Source: Callorhinchus milii
Taxonomy: Eukaryota
Assembly: GCF_018977255.1 (NCBI RefSeq)
Contig: NW_024704771.1
Coordinates: 868,001 to 932,000 of the forward strand
Direction: 5' to 3'
DNA length: 64,000 bases
A program made the position numbers and the translations under genes. Within the stretch, counting starts at the first letter, position 1. Each line of letters begins with the position of its first letter. Of this stretch, positions 12,901 to 21,739 are shown in pieces. Under the pieces are notes generated by a model that ran no database searches, had not been told where the DNA came from, and was given only the letters and a program-made list of their open reading frames with translations.

Positions 12901-13597
12901 ACATTCCCCCCCACACAAACCCCTCCCCCACAGACACACAGACTCTCAGCCTTTTTGCGGATTCTGTTCCCAGGAGATGTCGATGTTTTACACAAAGGCT
13001 TCTCTCCCGGTGACGACGCTGAAGATCATCTTATTTATGATTGTAAAGGTGTCCGACAATAATGGTCTGATTCTCCCTCCAGTTACAGTCACTCTGGATC
13101 CTGACACAGCCCATCCCCGGCTCATCCTGTCTGAGGACCTGACCAGTGTGAGACGCGGAGACGAACTGCAGTCGCTCCCTGACTCCCCGAAGAGGTTTAG
13201 TAACTATCCCATTGTCCTGGGATCTGAGGGCTTCACATCGGGGAGACATTACTGGGAGGTGCAGGTGGGCAACAAGTCATGGTGGGCTGTGGGATTGGCC
13301 ACAGAGTCTGTCAACAGGAAACAAGCAATCACATTGTCACCAGAGGATGGGGTCTGGGGGGTGAGGCTGGTGGGTGGGGACTGTTATGAGGCTCTGACAT
13401 CACCCCGCACCCGCCTGTCCCTGACAGTGAGACCCGGGAAGGTCGGGGTTTACATGGACTATGAGGAGGGACAGGTGTCATTTTACAACGCTGACAACAT
13501 GTCTCATCTCCACACTTTCACCCAAACTTTCACTGAGAAACTTTATCCTCTGTTCAATCCCTGGTTTGGTTCTGACCCTCTGACAATCTGTCGGTGA
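701..13597 (+). CDS. Butyrophilin-like gene A, 5'-partial gene model (IgC-TM-8 mini-exons-B30.2); signal and IgV exons lie upstream of the window
   Basis: join(701..976,1660..1779,4479..4514,5912..5938,6502..6528,7478..7504,8022..8048,8527..8553,9665..9691,9896..9931,13083..13597). All exons have ag/gt ends and phase 1, and the frame is open to the TGA. The domain order is the canonical BTN architecture. Confidence 0.88.
1255..1440 (+). mobile_element. SINE fragment: tRNA-like head joined to a Deu-like core
   Basis: TAGCTCAGTGGTTAGAGCA A-box, then gtccttcagatgagacgttgaaccgagg...aggtggattttaaagatcc. Confidence 0.6.
1660..1779 (+). CDS. BTN gene A transmembrane exon
   Basis: ttacag|AGG...AAAG|gtaat, 120 nt. 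Encodes [40 protein letters not shown] (hydrophobic helix followed by a basic stop-transfer). Confidence 0.92.
1850..3200 (-). mobile_element. L2-clade LINE fragments (RT C-terminal region)
   Basis: Minus-strand peptides [23 protein letters not shown] and [11 protein letters not shown] match the intact L2 RT at 52641-53978. Confidence 0.85.
3490..4150 (-). mobile_element. L2 fragment, internally deleted tandem duplicate of ~2155-3070
   Basis: Near-identical blocks (e.g. gatctatactgagtt..gaggaaattt.ggctcatccagg); paralogous ORFs at 2877 and 3956. Confidence 0.8.
4479..4514 (+). CDS. BTN gene A cytoplasmic mini-exon 1 (36 nt, [12 protein letters not shown])
   Basis: Polypyrimidine tract + ccag acceptor, gtaagt donor, phase 1-1. 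Confidence 0.8.
5045..5385 (-). mobile_element. L2 3' fragment
   Basis: Minus-strand peptide [26 protein letters not shown]. Confidence 0.75.
5912..5938 (+). CDS. BTN gene A mini-exon 2 (27 nt, DQKYMKKTL)
   Basis: tttcttcctttag acceptor, gtaagt donor, phase 1-1. Confidence 0.8.
6502..6528 (+). CDS. BTN gene A mini-exon 3 (27 nt, ELXKQFTKS; one N base)
   Basis: tttcctttcag acceptor, AG|gtact donor (weaker), 27 nt, phase 1-1. Confidence 0.68.
6963..7274 (-). mobile_element. tRNA-Ala-derived SINE with L2-type tail
   Basis: Reverse complement has an A box, a TGC anticodon loop and a GGTTCAATTCCC B box; tail gaagcgctttgagacgtc...(att)n. Confidence 0.85.
7478..7504 (+). CDS. BTN gene A mini-exon 4 (27 nt, EWEIVGSCK)
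   Basis: ctgtttccttccag acceptor, gtaagt donor, phase 1-1. Confidence 0.75.
7512..7708. repeat. 25-bp tandem repeat (caccccacattacaggctggttata), ~8 copies
   Basis: Direct inspection; it starts immediately after the mini-exon 4 donor. Confidence 0.95.
8022..8048 (+). CDS. BTN gene A mini-exon 5 (27 nt, CCKDLLVGF)
   Basis: gttttctctcag acceptor, gtaaga donor, phase 1-1. Confidence 0.7.
8057..8414 (-). mobile_element. tRNA-derived SINE, same family as 6963-7274
   Basis: ctctaaccactgagctacaggact head on the reverse strand, plus the shared body and tail. Confidence 0.82.
8527..8553 (+). CDS. BTN gene A mini-exon 6 (27 nt, VKSRIHSYA)
   Basis: ttttctttcatttccag acceptor, CAG|gtaaga donor. It ends in ..YA, like the pre-B30.2 exons at 9896 and 39151. 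Confidence 0.8.
9665..9691 (+). CDS. BTN gene A mini-exon 7 (27 nt, GYKEVLTEL)
   Basis: ctttcttacag acceptor, gtaagg donor, phase 1-1. Confidence 0.78.
   Translation, partial: VTRRFSQN
9896..9931 (+). CDS. BTN gene A mini-exon 8 (36 nt, [12 protein letters not shown])
   Basis: cctttattttacag acceptor, CAG|gtaaga donor, in frame with the B30.2 exon. Confidence 0.8.
10040..10710 (-). mobile_element. L2 3'-end fragments, interrupted by C/A-rich sequence
   Basis: Minus-strand peptide [21 protein letters not shown]; tail ...gcactatacaaatccaagttgttg. Confidence 0.75.
10711..11166. repeat. 27-bp tandem repeat (gtgttagtgttggtgtcagtgctgtta), ~17 copies
   Basis: Direct inspection; it produces the spurious (VSAVSVSVG)n ORFs. 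Confidence 0.95.
11290..12930. repeat. C/A-rich degenerate satellite (cacaccctcacatccccc-like) in the last intron of gene A
   Basis: G-poor + strand with a recurring ccctcacatcccc unit; same family as 39200-50110. Confidence 0.92.
13083..13597 (+). CDS. BTN gene A terminal B30.2 (PRY-SPRY) exon
   Basis: ctccctccag acceptor. Encodes [19 protein letters not shown]...[14 protein letters not shown]...[16 protein letters not shown]...FTEKLYPLF, ending in TGA. Confidence 0.96.
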
Positions 13598-14343
13598 CGG
13601 TTAATGAGGAGGAAAATTTGACTATTATTTCCATGAGGTTTGGATAGTGCCGAGTGTTTGATTCTGTACTTCTCTCTCAGGTTTGAGCTGAGTTTGTGAC
13701 GGGAAGTGAAGGACGGGGCTGAGTGGGGTATCCCTGAGAGACGTCAGCTCCACATTGTATCCCGAACCGGGAAAGCCGTCTGTGGTCAGCGACACTGAGC
13801 TGCTGACACTGACACTGTGCCACAACACCGCACCTGCACATTCCAGTGTCAATACAGTAAACCCCGACTTACAGGACTCCGGGTGTCCGGGATACACAAC
13901 TGGACCAACCGGGATCCACAACAAATATAGTTGTAAAATTTCCGTGAGCCCTCCCTGTGCAGCGTCCCACAGGGTCAGCTCTCCTGTCACACTGAGCAGC
14001 CGCACCGTCCTCACTGGCCTTCACGCTCTGAGACAGGGATATATATCGCTGATATCTTTCTCTCCAGCAATGCCCAGTCTCACAGTCGGGGCTGTGCTCA
14101 GAATCTCACTGAAATCTCCCAAATCACTTTTATATCTATAAACAGGTGCCGTGTTGTTCCCCAGTGAGCGGCCGAGTATCACTGTGTATAAACACTGTGT
14201 ATTTTCAGTGACAGCTTTTATAATCCGTAACATTTCTCACTCACTGTAACAATCTTTAACCCTCACTAAACCGAGGTCACGTCTGTGTGGATATTAATAT
14301 CCAAAATATTGTCATTCACTTACAAAATACTCGAACAATTTAC

Positions 14344-14349
14344 AATAAA
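14344..14349 (+). terminator. Candidate polyadenylation signal of gene A
   Basis: AATAAA followed by a T/GT-rich stretch, at the same position in the 3' module as in the copies at 51742 and 59656. Confidence 0.5.
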
Positions 14350-14418
14350 TTTGTTTTGATATTATTTTATGTCGAATGATTGAACACAATCTGCACACAC
14401 TCCTCATTCTCTGATACA

Positions 14419-14700
14419 CACTCTAACCCTCACCCCGATACACACACCCTAACCCTCACCCCGATACACACACCCTTACCCTCACCCCCTGATACACACA
14501 CCCCTAACCCTCACCCCATGATACACACACCATTGACCCTCACCCCGACACACACACACCCCTAACCCTCACCCCCTGACACACACCCCTAACCCTCACC
14601 CCCTGACTCACACACCCCTAACCCTCACCCCCTGATACACACACCCTATCCCTCACCCCCCGATACACATACCCCTAAACCCTCACCCCCTGACACACAC
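14419..14700. repeat. ~29-bp tandem repeat (ccctaaccctcaccccctgatacacacac)
   Basis: About 9 degenerate copies, just past the gene A polyA signal. Confidence 0.85.
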
Positions 14701-14797
14701 CAAGAGCAACAAATTATATTTTCATAGCGCATTTCACGTCAGGACATCTCAAGGGGCTGTGATGTTAGGAATGCCAACCCGAGCTGGTGGTTGGGAT

Positions 14798-14850
14798 CAG
14801 GAAGTGACGTCCGGCAATGAGTTCACTGGGGATTTTGAAATGGCGCCTCC
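14798..14850. promoter_or_regulatory. Promoter-like motif cluster (ETS-CRE composite GGAAGTGACGT; YY1-like AAATGGCG)
   Basis: Motifs are visible at 14800-14810 and 14838-14845 in a locally CpG-enriched patch; no linked exon identified. Confidence 0.35.
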
Positions 14851-15596
14851 GCGCCTGAAGCTGCCGAACCTTCGCCTCACTGGTCCCTCTCCACCACTCG
14901 TTCCTCCACCTGTGGCCTCAGTGGTCTCTCCCACCTGTTGTACAGATGGGAGATTTGAAATTTCTTGCCCCACCAGTGCCCGCCCACGGACAACCTCGCC
15001 CGGCTTTCATCGACCAAACCTTCAACCCTCCCCGATCACATCTTCCGCTGTTTACCGTGGTTTCCCGTTTCCCGAGGCCCTGCCATTCACTGACTCATGA
15101 GCATGAGGACCATGTGTTGGGACCTTTGGAAGGACTGTCTGTGGTCCACCTCAGGACTCGGGATTTTCCCCTCCCAGCTCCCCTTAAACAGGTGATGGTA
15201 ATAGATTGGGGGAGTGGTGCGGGGCTGAGCCCCTCTAACCCTCATCACCCGCCATCTAAGCACAACTACAGGTTAAACAAACTTCACTTGTTTAGTCTTA
15301 TCAATAATAATCAATCATTGCTTTCCCTTTGTGATCGCTTTTGATGACTATATTCATTTTAATACCTTTCATCTGTTTATTTAATTAAACAATGAAACAC
15401 TAGATACCATTATTAATAATGCAATTGATATAGTGCCTGATAATTACACTGTTGGTGTCCCACCAACAGTGGGGTTTCAAATTATTTAATTATTATTGAA
15501 ATCATTTTGTTTGAATCCTAAACAGATCGGTTTGTGTATGAAAAATAAAATATTTTAAACTCCTTCAAAAATATTAAACTCCAATTTATATTAATA

Positions 15597-16678
15597 ACGC
15601 ACTGTGCCCATTACAGATTTGTTTGCAACCAAAGGATCCAATATGGAAGTCGGAGTCCTGTAGCTCAGTGGTTAGAGCACTCGCTTTGCAAGTGAGAGAC
15701 CTGAGTTCAATTCCAGGCAGAGGGCGAAACCTTACTCCACACAGAGCCTAATAATAATCCCTCCAAAACCAAAAACAATAATAAATTGGTCATTTTCAAT
15801 CTATGACTGTTTGTGGGACATTGCTGTCCGCAAATTGGCTGCCACGTTCGCCCACAAATATGCAGTCCATTCACTTTACAGTGTGTTCTGTGAAGCGCTT
15901 TGGGACGTCTTCCCGACGTGAAAAGCGCTATATCAAATGCAAGTATTTTTTATTATTAATGGAGACTTCAGTGGTAGCATTGACAAACCATTTAACATGC
16001 CATAAGCACTGTGTGTACACCTTAAGCAAAACTGCCATACATGTGCGACGGGTCATAGCTCATGAACGAAAGAAGATCGTATCTAAGCTATGCCAAACAA
16101 CGTGGTTTACAGTGTGATCCAGTAGGTCCTCGAGTTACTGCAAGACTTCCATGTAGACGATACTTGCAGTTTTTCCTTCTCCAGCCATGATGTACAGGAT
16201 TTGAGATCATACCTTTCTGTGTCGAAGTCCAACTGTGTTGTTCTTTGCTCTTCAGTTTCGTTTAATTCGCCTTCTCTCTTTTCATAGGATTTTTATTTGT
16301 CCTTGAAAGGCTTGATCTTTGCTTCCGCATCTTTAATATTAAGAAAATTATTGGGAGGACTCCTGTTGAGAGGAATGAGTGAGAAGACTCAGTGGGAAGA
16401 GTCCTTGTTCGGAGGACTCCTGTGGGAGGACTCCTTGTTGGGAGGACTCCTTTTGCTACTTTATTGCAGAATATAGAATGGTGTGTGATTTTGTTGCAGA
16501 ATACTGTGCATACCGCATATTTTGGTGCTTAAGCTCATCAACAACAGGAGATCCCCGAAAAAAATATGCCCATGACACTCCACACTGCAAGAACTTTCCA
16601 ATGAGGTATAAATCATGTTAATCGGTTGTTGTGTTTTTAGCAGACAAACAGACAGACCTTTTTCTATATTAGTTCAGA
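15597..16678 (-). mobile_element. Non-autonomous Helitron-like element, interrupted by a SINE
   Basis: The reverse complement begins TCTGAACTAATA and shares blocks with 33154-33712 (gtatggcag..ttgcttaagg; ttccatattggatcctttggttgcaa) on both sides of the SINE. Confidence 0.6.
15652..15958 (+). mobile_element. Full-length tRNA-Ala(TGC)-derived SINE with L2-like tail
   Basis: GTCCTGTAGCTCAGTGGTTAGAGCA-CTCGC-TTTGCAA-GTGAG-...GAGTTCAATTCC; the 3' end gaagcgctttgggacgtcttcccgacgtgaaaagcgctatat matches the L2 3' end at ~54060-54105. Confidence 0.88.
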
Positions 16679-16823
16679 TAATAATCGTTGCATTTGATTT
16701 AGCACTTCACAGATTTGAGGCGTCTCAAAGTGCTTCACAGGATATAATGTAAAGTCAATTGACTGAAAAATAAAATATTTAAACTCCCACAGTAACACTT
16801 TATTACAGACACAGAAATACATT

Positions 16824-18106
16824 CAGGCCTTGGGGTGCGCTGATGATGGGGCAGTCGGGGTGGCTGCTCTGGGACAATCATTGACAAGTGTTTTGTGCTC
16901 TGGGTGGAGGAGGCCCAGGGCTGGAGCAGAGGGAAGTTTCTGGAAGGGCCCTGGATAGAGAGCAGACGAGGAGGGTGACAGGAGACAAGAACTGATTGTT
17001 ATAATAATTCTTACATTTGATATAGCACTTTATCACATCTTCCAGATGTCCCAAAGGGCTTCAGACAATATTGTGTAAAGTGAATTGACTGTATTTTGAG
17101 GGCAAAACGTGGCAACCAATTGCACAGAGGTGTTCCACAGTCATGGATTCAGTGACCAAATTCTTTTTTAAGGGATTATTCCCCCCAGAATGCGATTAAA
17201 ACTGGTTCCTATTGACTGCTTGGTAAACAGAGGCGTGTGCAGTAAGGAAAGTTGCCTCAGGTTTCTCCCCACTCGGGTATCGAACACGTGCTCGACAAGA
17301 GCTCAATCTGATATGTAATGTAGAGACAGAGAGAGAGAATAATAGTAACAATAAACCATACATTTGATATAACCACTTAACACTTATTCAACACATCTCA
17401 AAGGGCTTCACAGGATACACTCTAAAGCGAATGTGACTGTATATTTTGTGGGCAAAGCGCAGCAGCCGATTGTGCACAGCAGTGTCCCCACAAACAGCCA
17501 TGGATTGAAGCAACTAAATTATTATTGTTGTTGTAGGGATTAATTCCCCCGGAAAAGTGACCCGGCAATCGACGAACAACTGAGTGAAGTGAGAGAGAGG
17601 GAGTGAGAGAGAGTCAGAGAGAGGGAGTGAGAGTCAGAGAGAGAGCGAGTGAGAGAAAGAGTCAGAGAGAGAAGGAGGGAGTGAGAAAGAGGGCGGGGCA
17701 GGGAGGGCGGGGAAGGAGATGACAGGAAACAGGTAATAAACAGTAACTTGTTGACTTTCCTGTTGTTTCGGGGGAAATGACTGGTTCCTTCCTGTGCACC
17801 GGAAGCTGTCAATGCACAACCCAACCGGGACCTGGCGCTTTGTGTCCGAATTAACCGGTGTCCAACGTTACCCGAATACCGCGGCCGCCATTGTGTGCTG
17901 TTATATCCCGCGGTGACGCTGTGTCACCAACGGGTGGCGCTGCCTCGTGTGGTATGTGGTTCGATGCCGCGGTGACGCTGTGTCACCAACAGGTGGCGCT
18001 GCAGCCACTCCGCACTGTCAGTGATACACCGCCACCATCACAGAGATAGGGCGCTTTCACCCGCGCAGTGCATTGTGGCTCCCGGGCACCGCCATTGCTG
18101 CTGTTC
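16824..18106. repeat. Left arm of an inverted segmental duplication (partner 26507-27960)
   Basis: Reverse-complement match covers unique sequence, SINE remnants, the GA microsatellite and the CpG island, with scattered substitutions and indels. Confidence 0.9.
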
Positions 18107-18340
18107 CTTCTGCTCAGTGTCAGCGACACAAACCCCCGCACAGGCGGCGCTTCCTCTCGTCCCCGTCTCACCCCCTCCCTCTGGGGAAATGTCATCATTG
18201 TTATTATTATTACCTTCTGATCCGGGCCCAGGGGGAGGGTCACAGCCACAAACCTCCCAAACAAGTGGCTTCTGCTGATCTCTGGGTCTGGACACAGCCC
18301 CAAAGCTGAGAGTGGCAGCAGTTTGTGGGAGTGAGCGGTG
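17780..18340 (+). promoter_or_regulatory. CpG-island promoter/5' region of the TRIM pseudogene
   Basis: High CpG density, YY1-like GCCGCCATT, ETS-like CCGGAAG and two CTCF-like motifs, directly upstream of TRIM exon 1. Confidence 0.55.
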
Positions 18341-18949
18341 GAGGGGACACGGCTGCAGAGAGCAGCACCGGAGCTCAGCGGAGGGTCTCACTTGCCCCGT
18401 TTGCCCGGACCTGGTCAAGGGTCCGGTTTCTCTGGTTTGCGGCCACAGCTTCTGCCGCTCGTGTCTCGCAGGGCTTTGGGAGAGGCCGGAGGCTCACTCC
18501 TGCCCGGAGTGGCGCCAGGTGTGTCCGGGAGGGGAGCTGAGAGCAGGTCGACCAATGGATAATTTGGCTGAAAAAGCTCAAAATCTCAGTCTGGATCCGA
18601 AACGGGGAGAAAGGGAACACCGTTGTGACGATCATCGGGAAGAGCTGAAGCTGTTCTGTGAGACGGATAAGAAATTGATCTGTGAGATGTGTCTCATTTA
18701 TGCTGAGGAACAGAATCACAAATCACTCAGTGATGTCCATAGACAAAGCTGCTGAGATCTACAAAGGTACACAAGGAGCGGACTTTATAATGTGACTGCA
18801 ATTCTCTCTCTCTTTCTTGAGCCGAGTGTCTGACACACACGGAAACTATTGCTGTGTTTAAGAGAATCCAAAGCAGGTGGTGATTGAGATATAAGGGAGA
18901 AACTATTTCCACTGGTGGGTGGGTCGTAACCCGAGGATTTATAACAGTT

Positions 18950-19207
18950 AAAAGAAACAGAGGAGAGGTTTTTCCGCACAGCGTTTTTAGTGTCTGGAAT
19001 GCATTGCCTGAAAGGATGGAAGAAGCCGATTCAATAACAACTTTCAAGAGAGAAGCAGATAATTATTTGGGGAGGACAAGTTTGCAGGGCTATGGGGAGA
19101 GAGCGGGGGAGTGGGAGTGATTGGGAAAGCTCTTCTCAAAGAGCCGACACAGACACAATGTACCAAAAGGCCTCCTTCTGTGCTGTATAATTCTATGATT
19201 CTATGAT
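18950..19207 (+). mobile_element. CR1 LINE 3' end
   Basis: RT C-terminus VFSVWNALPERMEEADSITTFKRE, CR1-type 3'UTR and (attctatg)n tail. Confidence 0.8.
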
Positions 19208-19644
19208 ATGTTAACTGCACATGGAATATTGACCTGTGTCCCCGGAGGGACGCACTCTGTTTACAAATCTGTTGACAATTTGACACAGGCCGACAAGAGC
19301 CAAGGCTTGTGTATCCCAGAGTATAAGTCGGGGTATCTATTGAAGTTTAACCAACTAAACGGCATAACCGGCCATTGAGAGCGCTATCTGTCAGACTTCC
19401 CGCTGTGTGTTCTCTCTGGTCACATTGACACAGTTAACAATGTGTTTGTTTTGGTTAATTTCCATTTTGATTACAGGAGAAACTGAAATCGTATTTCAAC
19501 TTGGGTCTGAAGAGAAAGGATGTTGTTTTTCGAGCTTAGTTTGGGCAAAAAGAGAAGATTTCTGCCTTGAAAGTAAGTTGCGTGTGATAAGAGTCAGCAC
19601 TCTCACCTCTGAGCCAGAAGATTGTGGAATCCATCCCCACTACG

Positions 19645-19965
19645 GGCTGTCAGTCGTGTCTCTCTCTTTACTGTGTGATGTCTGGGCTCTCAGTCATGTC
19701 TCTCTATTTACCGTGTGATGTCTGGACTCTCAGTCATGTCTCTCTATTCACCGTGTGATGTCTGGGCTCAGTCGTGTTTCTCTATTTACCGTGTGATGTC
19801 TGGGCTCAGTCGTGTCTCTCTCTTTACCGTGTGATGTCTGGGCTCAGTCCTGTCTCTCTCTTTACCGTGTGATGTCTGGGGTCTCAGACGTGTCTCTCTC
19901 TTTACTGCGTGATGTCTGGAGTCTCAGTCGTGTCTCTCTCTTTAACGTGTCCCGTTGTGATGTCT
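19645..19965. repeat. 38-40-bp tandem repeat (ccgtgtgatgtctgggctcagtcgtgtctctctcttta), ~8 copies
   Basis: Unit starts at 19751, 19789, 19827 and 19865; the array ends just before the TRIM exon 3 acceptor. Confidence 0.92.
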
Positions 19966-20859
19966 GACGCCTCACTTTACAGGAACAGGCGAGGAGTCTG
20001 CAGAACGACGTCAGGGCTGAGTTTGCCGAAATGCACCAGAGCCTCAGTGACACGGAGCAGTGTGTAATGCGAGAGCTCAGAGAGTGAGAGGAGGAAATGT
20101 TATAGGGTTTGAAGAGGCGTTAAAATCTATAGACCCAGAATTAGTAACGTTACAGCGGCAAATAGATGAACAGGTCATGGGGTCCTTTCTGAGGGTAAGA
20201 AAAGGAGATTGTTATTATTTATGTAATAATAGTCCTTACATTTTATACAGCGCCTTTAATTTCCTTTTAATGTCTTAAAGTGATTCACAGTAAAATGTAG
20301 TGACTGTGTATTTTATAGACAAACACAACAACCAATTTGCACAGAAAGTGCCCCACAAACAGCAATGAAGTGAATGAGCAATTGTTTTTGGGAGTAACTC
20401 CCTTCACGTTTCCAGTCGTGTCCGGGATCTTTATCGTCCACCTGAACAGGCGCAACACCACAGGTTAACGTGTCATCCAAAGGACAGCCCTCAGCTCTGC
20501 AAAACTAACAACGTAACAGAGCTCAGCCCTTACACTTCCCTACAAAACACACAGTCACTACACTTTACGGTGAATCCAGTGAAGTGTTTGAGACGTCCTC
20601 CCAATGTGAAAGGCTCTGTACCAAATGCAAAGCTCCTTCTTCTCACCTTGTGTAAAGCTCCCTGAGCGAGTCACCGTGTGGAGATTGTTCCGCACGCGGA
20701 GGGTTAGCTGCTGTGACTCTGACCTCTCGGTGTTTGTTTCATTTCAGGAGGAAGATTCTCGGAAGATCAGGTCTGACGTTCTCTTCAAACAAACTGTTTC
20801 ACTCATTAATGTCAAAGCAGTAACCACGGGATCCACTCTGCTGCCTGTGCCCTTTCTAC

Positions 20860-21190
20860 TGCCACCCCCTCCCCAGCTCCCTGTGTCCCCGACCGGCCCC
20901 ACCCATCCCTCCCTCACTTTTAATGGCCTCCAAGACCTTGATCCTCCTGACCTCAGTGACCTATTAACACTATACCAACCTGTCTGCTCCACCTGCTCCA
21001 TGTCCACAGCCCTACCCACCCCACCACTGGTGGTCGGGGTCTCTGCTTTTCTGCTCCAGCTTCTGGAACTCCAAACCAGAACCCCCCATCTCCCTCCTCA
21101 CCTGTTTGTGTGCAATGAAGTGTTTTGGTACGACCATCTAACGTGAAAGCTCTTTATGAGTGTAAATTGTATAACAAGAATCATAATAAT
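20860..21190 (+). mobile_element. L2 3' fragment
   Basis: cccctccccagctccctgt...gatcctcctgacctcagtgacc; L2/SINE-type tail at ~21140-21190. Confidence 0.6.
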
Positions 21191-21739
21191 AATAATAATC
21201 CTTACAACTGGAATAGCAGCTTTCACTACGGGATGACATCCCGGGATACACTGCAGTGACTGTGTATTTTGTGGGAGAACAAAACACATTGTGTCGTATT
21301 ACTCTTAAGGTAAAATCTTGTGACGTTCTTTGAGATATTTCGATGGTGTGATTTAGCCCGACATCAAAAACAAGGGTTATTATGGTCTGGGCGGGAGCGA
21401 GATGTATCCAGGGGTGATGGGGTTACATTTTATAGGCCGCTTCTCTGGAAAGTGGGAAATTTGGGTGCGTGTCAATCTGCCGAGCTTGGCAGCGTGATCT
21501 TGTCTGAGGTTTTCACCTTTACTTGGCAATGGCATTGCGGGTAAAGTGGTGTGTTCAGCCAAGATACGGAAATATACAAATTGGGTAAATGTGGGGATAA
21601 TTGCAAGTTGTGTAAAGTGTGAAAATTGCACAAATGCACACCGTCGCATTACATAATTGTTTGAATGAGGAACCGACTGGAGAAACCATATCAATGAATC
21701 ACCTAATTCACTACAAATGTCACTGACAGTGCTTTCAGC

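Noticed and set aside
12977-13082. N-terminal extension [12 protein letters not shown]... of the B30.2 ORFs (also 50154-50259) as a stand-alone single-exon gene
   Set aside because: It lies upstream of a strong acceptor in phase with the mini-exons. It is identical in both genes only because of the homogenised tract.
14419-14700. Interstitial telomere
   Set aside because: CCCTAA occurs once per ~29-bp unit, not as tandem hexamers.
15652-15725. tRNA-Ala gene
   Set aside because: The acceptor stem is imperfect, it continues into a SINE body and tail, and many diverged copies exist.
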